From assembly GCF_009914755.1 (NCBI RefSeq), contig NC_060934.1: a DNA stretch of 64,000 bases; one strand, given 5' to 3'. The notes under the pieces are model-generated. The model was not told the origin of the DNA. It saw only the letters and a list, made by a program, of their open reading frames with translations, and ran no database searches. The translations under genes were made by a program, and so were the position numbers. The first letter of the stretch is position 1. Every line of letters begins with the position of its first letter. Origin of the DNA: the human T2T-CHM13v2.0 reference genome, Homo sapiens. This document shows, in pieces, positions 29,101 to 40,900 of this stretch.

Positions 29101-29305
29101 GAGGGCTTCGCAAAAATCAGAGTTCATCCACCAATTCCCCAGGGGCCTTTGCCACATAGGAAATACCACAGCAAGAGATGCCACAGAAACTGCAGAACTG
29201 GAGGTCATGGACACCTAAGTGGAAGCACAGAGCGCCAGGATACCTGGAGGGCTCTGCAGTGAGTCCAGTCAGCCAGGGCAGGCACCGGACAGAAACCAGG
29301 GTCAA

Positions 29306-29733
<428 letters not shown>

Positions 29734-30017
29734 TTAGGCCAGAGGTAGCTGAGGATCCATCTTGCATCTAGCTACTTTTGTTCTTGACAATCAAAAAGGC
29801 AATAAGCCGGGGTAGCATGCAAAGGGCTAGGCCTTTGCAGCTGGACAAACTTGGCTTGAATTCAGGATTTGCCACCAACTAGCTATGTGGCCTTAGGCAG
29901 GTCACTGGACTTCTATGAGTTTTGGTTTCCTCTTATGCAAAATGTGAATAATGCCCCTCACGCATACTCAAGGCTAACACTCAGGCTTTTATGAAGATTA
30001 AATGAAATAGCCTATGA

Positions 30018-30344
30018 GACCGGGTGCAATAGCTCATGCCTGTAATCCCAGTACTTTGGGAGGCCGAGGCAGGCAGATCACCTGAGGTCAGGAGTTTGAG
30101 ACCAGCCTGGCCAAAATGGTGAAACCCCGTCTCTACTAAAAATAAAAAAAATTAGCTAGGTGTGGTGGCAGGTGCCTGTAATCCCAGCTACTCAGGAGGC
30201 TGAGGCAGGATAATTTCGTGAACCTGGGAGGCAGAGGCTGCAGTGAGCCAAGTTCGTGCCACTGCATTCCAGCCTGAGCAACAAAGAGAGCCTCTGTCAA
30301 AAAAAAAAAAAAAAAGAAAGAAAGAAAGAAAAGAAAAGAAAAAA
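30018..30344 (+). mobile_element. Alu (AluS) inserted at the end of a MIR, TSD gaaatagcctatga
   Basis: Full dimer with A/GAAA tail; MIR at ~29810-30015. Confidence 0.96.
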
Positions 30345-30369
30345 GAAATAGCCTATGAAAGCATCTCCT

Positions 30370-30518
30370 GGTTAGACATGGTGGCTTATGCCTATAATCC
30401 CAACACTTTGAGAGGCCAAGGCAGGAGGATTGCTTGAAACAGAAGTTCGAGACCATCCTAAGCAGCAGAGTGAGACCCTGACTCTATTAAAAAAAAAAAA
30501 GAAGAAGAAAAAAAGAAA
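30370..30518 (+). mobile_element. FLAM / Alu left monomer, TSD gaaagcatctcct
   Basis: Single monomer plus A tail and TSD. Confidence 0.85.
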
Positions 30519-30955
30519 GAAAGCATCTCCTGCCCTACTGATGGGAGGCCAGCAGACATTTCACAATTAATGTCCTTTGACAACTGCCCTTTGGCAACCA
30601 GAGCCAGCTTTCACTCTGACCTCAGGGCTGGGACTTAAGTCAGAGGCATCCCAAAAAATGCTCCTGGGAACCAATATAGCTAAATCTTCAAGACTAAAGT
30701 GGACGTCCACGGACATCTTGATCCTTGCTGGCAATGCCTATTTTCCTAAAGAGAAACCTTGTCACAGGAAGAATATCTCAGGGCCAGATCCTCAGAAAAC
30801 CGCCACATGACCAACCAGCTAGTATTCAAAAAAACAGCTGCCACCAAACCCCAAAGGAAGTCGTTTCCAGGCAATGCCCTTCCACAAAAGGATTCTAGAC
30901 AGATCTCAAACCCAGACAAAGAAGACTGAGATAAATGTGTGGTGCTCAAGAATTC

Positions 30956-30972
30956 TGACCCTCACCTGACCC
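30956..30972 (-). promoter_or_regulatory. Consensus DR5 retinoic acid response element GGGTCA-GGTGA-GGGTCA
   Basis: + strand TGACCC TCACC TGACCC in unique sequence. Confidence 0.5.
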
Positions 30973-31614
30973 CACGCACAAGGCAGTTGCAGTAAGTTCA
31001 CTTTCTCTACAGACTGACAAAGCCACCAACAGCTGTGGAATGTCAAAAACAAGGCTGCCTGGGTCTAAAGTTACCCCCCTCCACCATGAGAGGAAAGAAA
31101 ACACATTTCTGGGCTTCGACTTCTTTATATTTTGCTTATGAGGAACAAATGTCGACAAGATATAGGATATGCTGCTCTGTTTGCCACCAAAATGCATGGA
31201 ACATAATTTTATGTGAAGCTGCACCCGCTTAATTGTGATGCATTAAGTATATGTTCATTGTTTCTGAAACTGAGTAGAAATGAATAATTTATTTCAGACA
31301 AAGGAAACTCTTGAATATGAAATGCCTCATCTTTTAAAATTACAATTTGGAAAGCAAGAAGGAAAAAATACCCATAGCCAGTGAACCTTATACTGCTAAT
31401 AGAAAACAATGCTTCAACTGTTTCTACTTTGTTTGCAAACATTGCATTTTTTTAAACATTCTTGAGAATCATCAGGAAAAAAAAAAACAAAAAAAAAAAC
31501 ACTAGGTTTCCACCATGTTCACATCCACTCAACACAGGACTAGCATATTCAGTATTAATTTTCTCTGCTGGCTGGGTACACGCCCTTTCCTTTTCCACTG
31601 ATGTGTTAGCTCAC

Positions 31615-31684
31615 CTGGAATCCACTCCCCACATCCCCACATTCCGGTCTCTGCCATCCCCTTCCAGAACTTTCCTTCCTGCAT
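31615..31684 (-). CDS. GFRA1: Candidate alternative first coding exon of GFRA1 (MQEGKFWKGMAETGMWGCGEWIP+G), 70 coding nt
   Basis: AGG-ATG (A at -3), 23 open codons plus 1 nt, then a strong donor CCAG|GTGAGC; phase 1 matches the host intron. Confidence 0.6.
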
Positions 31685-32079
31685 CCTAGTTCTCTTCCTC
31701 TCTCCTTCTCCCCTTCTTTACATGGCATTGCACTCTGCACTTTCTGGCCCACCACCATCTCCCCAGCAGCTAGCACATTCCCTGGCACACAGTCAGTTCG
31801 CAAAAAACCTGAGTTACTGCTTAAGTGTAGAGTAGAAAATCAGTGTTTTGGACTGACTGGTAATTGGAATTTCGGGTATGGCTATTGTTTTTCTTTTCAG
31901 AGCAGAAGACATCTGCGTGCACTCAAATCATCTACTATTCCTGTTTCATGCTAATATATTGAGGGAGGAGGAGAAAGGGAGTGAGAATGCATAGGAAAGG
32001 AAGGCGCTGGCAGTCATCCACCTACCCACCGGTTTCCTGCACAGCTCAGGAGGGCGGAAAAACAAATGAAACATTCCGT

Positions 32080-32270
32080 AAGTGTTACTTGTAGCAACCT
32101 TATGAACTGGATACTATTATTAGCCCCATTTACACATACAGGACCTAGAACGTTGCAAGTAACTATTTACCTGTGGTCTCACAGCTACTAAGTGCTGGAA
32201 CATGGAATTCAAACCCAAGTGTGCTCAACTCCAAGGTTTTTGCTCCTTGCCACCGTGCTACTCTGCAGCA
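32080..32270 (-). mobile_element. MIR
   Basis: attattagccccattttaca...ggaattcaaaccca core. Confidence 0.7.
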
Positions 32271-33779
32271 CATATATTTTTTGGGATCACCATGACCTCA
32301 TCCCCTGCCCCTCCCCGTTGCCAGCCCTATCTCTGGGATGAATACAGAGGGTCCACCCGGTAGGTCCTGCCCTGGGAACATGTTGCCCTTCCTCCCAGGG
32401 ATCACCAGCAGCTAAAAAGGGCAGCACCACCTCTTCCCACCCCAGCCCCATTGATGTCATAAAAACAATGTCATAACATAGCATGGGTGCAGGGTAGGAC
32501 ACACAGAGAGGGCTCAGTAGCTTCTTAGGAGCCAGCTCTGTGAGCTGCATAGGCACTCCCAGCCCTCCCTCCCTTCCTCCCCATCCTCTCCCCTCAAGCA
32601 GGTGCTCCCTGGGGTGAGTGGGCACTGCTTTCAATTAACACAACTCCCTTCATTTAGAACACTTGAGTTTTCATTGAGACATTCTCTTACGAAATGTTCT
32701 GAATCGAGTTGAGAATTTGGCACAGAAAACAGCTAGGCAAGGCAGAAGACTGGGGAGTCAGAGGAAGAAAACAGTAAATACAAAATAAACGAATAAATAA
32801 GCCCATACCTCAAGTCCTCCAAATGGGTGCTACCCAGCACGGTTCCAGAGGTCTGAGAAAGGCTGGACAGCACCATCCCTCCCAGGCAGGAGGACAACAC
32901 TGCCTAGGGAGCCAGGCACCCACACCTGAGCCACTGCTCCCAAGCGAGAGAGCAGAAGTCCACCCTGAGCCCAGGACAAAAGGCAGTGCTGGGGTTGGGG
33001 CTGGGACCCTGCAGAAAAGCAGATGGGAGCCATCCTCTCAGGGACCCATGCTGTGCACATCCCCACTGTCCACCAGGGGAGGCCTCCTAACACCAGCCAT
33101 GCCACTCAGCATCCACAGGGTCCCAATGAACCGTTGTCAGAGACCACCTTTCTCCTACCACAAGCCAAAATGCCTCCTAGCAGCCGAGGCCCTTCAGGAT
33201 GACCCAGCTTCCTGGGTTGATTCCTGCTGGTCCCTGTCTGCTCTGCTGTCTTTCTGCTTACCTGTACCCCCCACCCCGCCCCCACCACACCTTCCCAGGA
33301 CCACCCAGGGAGATGCAGCCAGCCTGCCACAGAGACTCCTGCCCCTCTATCCTCCCTGCCCTCGGCACCTAAATGCTGGGCTCTGTGCACTTGGCCTTTG
33401 CCTTCCGAGCTTGTGCATGCTTTCTCCTCAAGAAGGTGCAACTGGAAGGGAGGAGCTTGAACTTGACCCACACTTGCTCTTGCTCCATTTCCACCTGGAG
33501 CTGAGGCTAATAGCACAGTGCTCCTGGGCTCATTTTTTGTTTTCCCAGAAGGTGCCTTCTATGATGAGAGGTTACTCACCCACAGCAGGTCTTATGTCCT
33601 TCTCTGGTCGAGAAGCATCCAGAGCCCCTGTGTGTGCTTTTATGACACAAAACTATATTAAGTTGAACTGTCTGAAATTGTTGCTATTCTACCATGTTGA
33701 CCTACTAAAATGGCAATTTCATGCGATTCAATCTAAAAATTTCAGCAATGCTGAGACAAATTAGCCATCTTCCTTTCCC

Positions 33780-34230
33780 ATCTTCGATGACAAAGGTCAA
33801 GCCCCTGAGTGTGACAAACCTGCCTCTCTGCTCAGTTCTTCTCACACCACTCCTCATACCTGCTGCTCCAGCCACGGCAAACCCTGGACACACTGTGCCT
33901 TTGCCCAGGCTGTTGCCTCTGCCTGGAATGCTCTCCCCATTCAGCTCTACTCACCAAACTCCTATCCATTCCACAAAAGCCAGCTTAAAAGTCCCCTTTT
34001 GCAAGCCTTCTCTGACCGGCAACACCATCCAGTCCGTTATTCCCACCATAGGGCCGTATGTGAGCTTTCTATGGGTTCTACTCATTCATCATAATTTATC
34101 TTGTTTATATCTATCTCTAAAGCAAAAAAGGGAATTCTTAGAGGACAATTCCTATTTACCTCTGAATCATCTGGGCCTCCCACTGTGCTCATAGTAAGTT
34201 CTTAATAAATATCTGATGAATGAATTTGGC
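33780..34230 (+). mobile_element. L2 3' fragment
   Basis: ctctgcctggaatgctctcccc ... taataaatatctgatgaatgaat. Confidence 0.7.
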
Positions 34231-34314
34231 AGAAATGGAATTCTATCATACTGAAAAACTGAAAACTGATAGAGACTCTAAAAACTTACCTCTTCTTCTC
34301 TTCATTCTAAAATA

Positions 34315-34500
34315 AGTATAAATGTAACATATATAATATATAATAATAAAATAATATCTAATATATTATATTAATTAATAAAATAAAATATATTATATTA
34401 ATTAATAAAATAAATATAAAATTAATAAAATATATAATATATAATGTATATATGTAATATATACGTAACATATATAATGTAATATATATATTATATGCAT
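34315..34500. repeat. AT-rich low-complexity tract with an internal ~27-bp duplication
   Basis: aatatattatattaattaataaaata occurs twice. Confidence 0.85.
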
Positions 34501-35719
34501 CATATATCCACATATGTATCACTCAGTAAAAAATATCTAATAATCCTTTATGCAGTTCGTGCACTTCACTTTCATGGGATATTTTCATGGGCTATTTCTC
34601 CCATGCATGTTACATACATGCAAATGGGTGCTACTGCATGAGTTCTGAAGCCAGCCTTCCTGGATGAGAATGCTGGCTCTACCACTTATTAAGTATGTGC
34701 CCCCAAGACAAGTTTCTCACTTGAGCCCCAGTTCCCTTATCCACCAACCAAATGGGGCTAAGAGTACCTCTACTGAACAAGGCTTAAGCAAGTTATGACA
34801 TATAAAACACCTAGCTCGCTGCAACTCACAGCTGCTGTAATTATTATTTTTACTTCTCTTTAAGTATCATGGGGAATGCAACCATTTCGAATTGGGAGTA
34901 TGTTCAGCCTGATCACTTCTTTTGCCATTCAAATGCCACTTGCCATTCCCAAGCTAAGAAGAATATATATAGTGGTTCCATTGAGAACTCTCTGGAATTC
35001 AGGGATCTCCTGGTATCTTCCTCATCAACTGTTTTATTCAAAACGCGTAGTAACAGAAATTAATGAAACATTTCATAAACATGCGCTTTAAGAAAACTGC
35101 TGGCCTTCTCCTACAAAGAATGCAATCAATACTTATTTTCATACATTATTAACTGTACACAAAACGATCATGTGCAAAGGACAACAGAAATCACAGTTGG
35201 CATGGTGCTTCTTACACAGTTCACAGGGACCTAGAGGAAAGTGGCACCAGCATGGTGGAAGACAAATGAATAGCACATTAGGGCACCTTAAAGTGGGACT
35301 CAACTATGTATTCCTTTTTTTTTTTTTTTTTAACACTGTGTAATGCTATTTATACGACAACATGACAAAAAATGGCCCTAGGCATTCTGCTCCACTTTAG
35401 AAGCCTTCCATCTCACACTGAAATGAAAAAAGATACAATCCAGAAATTGCTTCTTTGGTTAATATTTCTGCAGTTCTGCAGGAATGGTTTTAATAGCACG
35501 CGTGTTCTGGATTTTGGTTGTCAATTAAGAACCCATCAGACGGCAGGCCCAAATATTAAAATAATAGGTAGTGGTGTATATTGCAACTTTAAAGGCCTTT
35601 TGTCAAACAGTGTTTTAGGGTGGAAGAACAAGGAGAAAGCTGGGAATTAAAGAGGGAGAAAAGGGAGTAGATAGCTCCTTCTAAATAAAGGATCCTGGTC
35701 TGTGCTTAAAATTTCATCA

Positions 35720-35930
35720 CTAACAGTAGAAAGAACACAGGTTTTGGAGTCACAGGAACAAGAAGTGAATCTAAGCTCTTCCAGGTATCAGCTGTGTGGC
35801 CTTAAGAAAGTTACTCAACCTCTCTGATCCCAGCTTTTCTCCTCAGAAATGAGAGGGCACAATACATACCTTTTAGCATGGTGGGGGACCAGAAGAACGT
35901 AAGTCTGTGAAAAGGCAGCTTAGTGCAGGA
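35720..35930 (+). mobile_element. MIR
   Basis: gctgtgtggcctt..aagttactcaacctctctga core. Confidence 0.75.
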
Positions 35931-37769
35931 CACACGGCAGGGGAAGGGGACACAAGGTAGGGGCTTCCCCAGCGGGACTCCTCTTTGCTCACTCACCTCC
36001 CCTTTAAAGAGACTGAGGATTCAATGAGGAGAATACACAGTTCTGGGATAGGCAGAGTTCCAAAGGGAACTGCAGTTTGACCAAAAATAGGTCACTTGAC
36101 CAAATGATTAAAAGTCTGTCATATGCTAATGCGTGGATGGGGCGGACCCTTGGCTAATTTAGTAGGAGTAAATTGCAATTGATTTTCGAAGAAATTGCTT
36201 GTTCTCTTGCCTTTCCTCAGCTGTGTCACACTCGCACACACAGCTGCCTTTGTCACAGCCAGGACCAACTGAAACACGTGTCAAGGAAGATCTTTTTGAG
36301 GCAAAATATTTTATCATATCCACACTTAACACACTCTATAAAAATATGCACATGTGAGCAGGCAGATATACAAGTGTATGTATGCCTATGTGTCTGTATA
36401 CGTGTTTATAAAGATGTTTTTGAGAGCTTGTATTTAGAAACAATTCTGCCACCATGGCTGCATAGTTCTATATGTTTTGAAAATCCTCCTGTGGCTGGAG
36501 AGCTATCCTGAGTCATTTTTATTTTTACAACAGCCTACTATTTGAAGAAAGATCGTAAAAGAGTATACCTCTAAAATCTCTCCATATACCCCACAGCCCT
36601 GTCTATGTAAATCCTGGATATGAAAAGAAAATGGTTAAAAGATTACAGAAGATAAAAAATCATAATAATAAAGGTTAACAATAGCTGCTTTCACCCCTAA
36701 TTTCTGATATGGCGATAGACCCTCTTAGAACATTAATTAGAATGGAAAGAGAGATGAAAGAAATGCCCAGGAGACATAATAAATTAGCCTCTTATGCAAA
36801 TTACTCATTCATTTTCATCACTGACCCAGCTAGTTGAGTCTCTAAATTACAGGAAGTGGTTAGCTCCTTTAACAAAAAACTCTGAATGAAAGATTATCTT
36901 TAAAAAAAATCTGAGGGCTTAACGCAACAAATAATTTCTCACTTTTCCTTACAGACAACCCTGAAGGGTGCCAAGAAATATGAAAATTAACATTCCAGCC
37001 ACTAGTTCTTGTTGCCAGAGACCTATTAATTAACCCTTGTTCCAAAACAATGAACAACTACCTCCTTAACTAAAGTCAATGGCTGTGGCTCTCATGCTAA
37101 AAGAAACAAAGAAAATAAAGTGTAGTATCCTAAGGGGGGAGCACAGATTTGAACAGGTGAAAGACAACTGAACTGAGATGGGGAAATGCCAAGATATGGA
37201 GGGTTTCAAATACCCATTTACAAGCAAACACCTAATTTTACTTGTCATCACTGTCCTAGACAATTTATGTTGCATTGTCCTATCAATTTATGGAATTCTG
37301 CTTTCTTATCAGTCAAATACGGGGACGGGACTAGAATGACCTCCAAACATCCTACTGCATCTACAAATCCAGTGGTTTTATTTATCCCTTCGTGAAACAA
37401 ATGCCGCACTTCCGATTATTTAATTTATTGAAATATAATCTTGTAGCATGTATTTGTCTACTGAGCTCACTCCTAGCTTCATTTTCTCTTTCCTACTCTC
37501 ATTTTCTCTTTTCCCCTGTTTTCTGCATTTACTTATTTTCTTTTGTACTTTATCTTCTTCCATGTATTCAAATAAGATGCCTTAAATACATTCTAGTTCA
37601 AAGTAAGGTATACATTGAATAAATCATACTTTATAAAGGTTATGAACATGAAAGACATATGCCAAGATCACAAGTTTCCTTGGCATGAATAAAATGCTAG
37701 AAAGAAAAATAGTTGCTGAATAACTATGTAAGATTCAATATACGGGCCCTTCAAAAAGGAAGGAAAATA

Positions 37770-37816
37770 TTAAAAGTCATGGTAAAAACAGCAATTACTT
37801 TTGCACCAACCTAATA
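37770..37816. mobile_element. MADE1 (Hsmar1 MITE) half element
   Basis: gcaattacttttgcaccaacctaata is the Hsmar1 TIR. Confidence 0.85.
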
Positions 37817-39739
37817 TGTTAAAGATCACTCTAGGCCACTGCCCTGAAATTACAAAAGGAGCAGATGACTCTCAGGACCTGCAGACACTGGCCCAAGGTC
37901 GCCCAGCTAGTTAGGGGTAAACGATGCTAGAAGCAGAACACAGATCTCCTGACTCCTGGATCCATACACTTTTACCAAACAAGCCCCAATTTGATACCTC
38001 CTCTTGAGAATTTGCTACTGTGTCCCAGAGAACAAAAAACAAAAAGGACATCCCTTGGAAAGAACAAGCTTCGACAGCAGAAAAATCAAGAGATGGCAAA
38101 AAGAAATACTTCAGAGGACTAAGAAGAAGGAATGAGGACAGACATATTGGCTATAAATAATTTGCACCTTGTAACAATCTTCAGTTCATACAATTACCTG
38201 TCACTCACTGATGTTTTATCTCCCTTCTTCTGTTAACAGGACCTACAGTAACTCTATGCAAAATATTTAACTGTCTGTACCTTCACAGCCTTCACTGGAA
38301 CATTTGGGTCTTTGCCACAAGTGTACAGATACTAGCATGTCCTGTATTCATGGACCTTCTTGAGGTTGACATTTAATCTAAATAATAAAATCTTGCCTTT
38401 AGGAAGTGGTCAGTGAGACAGAAAGACATAGGTTTTTCAGATCATCAAGCAGGTAATCAGAGAGTAGATGTAGATTATGACACCATTTTTGTAAAAAAAA
38501 TATATGTATACATGTATGTACATACACATCTATGCATATTTACATATATAGGAACAATTGGAAAAGGCTCCTATTAGCATGTTTACAGCAGTTATTTTGG
38601 GGTGGTAGGACGCTGGGTGATTGAAATTTCTTTTCCTTTTTTACCTGTTTGCAATTTCCTATTGTTCTACAATAAAAATGGATTGCTGAGGGGCAGGACA
38701 GGGAGAGAATAAAAACCAAAAGTAGTGGTCTGTGAAAGTGAAATGTAAGTGTACTTAGCAAAGCCTTTGCAGACGGAAGCATCTCCTAGGTTTAAGGCAT
38801 GCCCTTCTCAGGGAGCAGTAATTCTTGCCGCTATGAGGGGTACTGGAAAGATTTATGGGGAGAGGTTAGAGGAATAGGAATCAGCCAAGCTTGGAAGGGA
38901 AGGCTGATCACAAGAATCCTTAAGCACAGGAAAAGCTCCCACCCCAGGTGATCACCAGCTGCAACCAACTCACTTCCGACCACAGAGCATAAGGACAGGG
39001 GTCCAAGGGAAAAGGAGAGACTCAGTGCAGGAATAAGGAAGACCTTCCCCACAGGGTAGCTAAGCCTCAGGCCGGGTGATTAAGAGACAGGACTTTGCTC
39101 TAGGGCCTTTTGGATAGAGGATAGATTTTTCATTGCTTGTCCAAGGTAGTTTATAAGCAGCCTTCCTGAAGGCTCAGGTTTGCTACCCTTTGCAAGACAT
39201 AGAATCATCATTCTCTGATGGGGCAATGTGGTCTGCTGAAAAGAGTCCCAGTCTTGAGTCAGGAGCAAGCCAACATCGCCTTAGTGTAGCTTTAAAAAGG
39301 ACTGAGATTTATTGAGGACCAAGTATGTTTCAGGCACTATACTGGATATTTTACATATAACATCTTTAATCCAAAAGAACCTATACAGTAGGCATTATCA
39401 TCATCCCATTTTACACCCATGGAACCTGAGGCACAGTGAGCTCAAGATAAGGTGAATGGCAGAGCTGGGATTCATTCACCCAGGTTGGTGGAACTCCAGA
39501 GCATATGTTCTTTCTCCTAGCACCAGCAGGTGCAAAGGTACGGAGGGATGAAGCTGCCCAGAGTGCTAGTAGAACGGCAGCTGCTCAACCTGTCTTGTCT
39601 ATGATACATGGTGGCTGGGGCGAGATCAAAAGCCAGTTAGTAAAAGAGTGAAGGAAGACTGAAGCCAGAGTGTTCCTGAAAGTCACCAAGGTGCACAAGA
39701 CCTGGGAATGAGGAGGTCAGGTTGGACTGGGAGAAGCTA

Positions 39740-40900
39740 GGGAAGTCAGCTGGAAAGCCCATGCAGAGTTCAAGTGAGAGATAAGACAGTTACATCCATG
39801 ATGTGGAAGGAGGGGAGCATTCAAAAGACAGCAGGTAATTTCAGCAGGACTTGGTGATGGGTCAGGCTGAAGGGGTTGAAGACAATGGAAGGGACGGAGA
39901 TGACTTCACAGCTTATAGTGCAGATCACTAGGAAGACAATAATGCTATTAAATAAAACTGGAGATCCAGGAAGAGAGAGGGTAAGGAGCAAAGGAGAGAT
40001 GATGAGATCCATTCTGGACATGCTAAGTTTGAGTTAACTGAGACACCGCCAGATGGAGTCATCCAGGACTCAGCTGGAAATGCTGGTTTAGCGCTCAAGA
40101 GAGGCTGCAGTAGGAAGGAAGGCTCTGAGTCATCAATGTAAGTGGTGGCTGAGGTCTCCAGAATGAATGAGGCTGGTCCAGAGAGTATGCAGACAGAAAG
40201 GGACCAACACTGGCTCCCCCTACACCAGTGCCATGACCTGGCAAAGGTCCCCAAGCCTACCCTCAAGCACTGTGACTCTGTCCAATCCCCTCCCCTCTCT
40301 GAGCTTCAAGTCTATAAAAACAGAGTACTGGACTAGATCTCTAGGGACCCTTCTTCTCTAACATTCAACCACTCGTGATTGACAGAATGCCGGCTCAGGA
40401 TCAAGAAAGATGCTTGGTGCTGAGTTGACACCTGGCATAACAAGCAAGTCTCCGACTTTCCAGTGGGAAAAACAGACACATAAATAAGTCCTCTTGATAT
40501 GCTGTGATTAATAGCTACCATAAAGGCAAGAGCACGATGGAGCATGAGGGAGCCCTGAGTAGAATTGCCTGTTTGGGGGGATTCCAGCAAAGGCCTTCAG
40601 AGGTGAAATTTGATCTTGGTCTTAAAGAACTGATAGAAGATTTCTAAGTAAAGGCAAGGCCATGTGCAAAGGCACAGGAAAGTGAATGCACATGAAATAC
40701 TTGGGGAATTGTTTGGCTCAGTGAGCTTGAGTGGAGATGGGGTGTGGGGCTTCAAGATGGAGAGCAGGGCCTTCACTGGCCCACTAAGGAGTTTACCATA
40801 TGCCAGAGTAAATAACAGGAAACGAATGGGGGTTCTCAAATATAGGAACACCAGGATTAGAGAGCTGAGTGCAAGAAAAGGACCACCACGATCCCTAATA
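39740..40900 (-). mobile_element. L2 fragments with a MIR-like insert (~40200-40380)
   Basis: Purine-rich reverse L2 motifs (ggacatgctaagtttgag, gtgcaaaggcac). Confidence 0.6.

Noticed and set aside
32823-33764. 313-aa + strand ORF
   Set aside because: Pro/Ser/Leu-rich, no recognisable homology, antisense within an intron; most likely a chance ORF, though a Ribo-seq check is cheap.
36089-36101. Apparent perfect ERE AGGTCACTTGACC
   Set aside because: The spacer is 2 nt (IR2), not the 3 nt required for an ERE.
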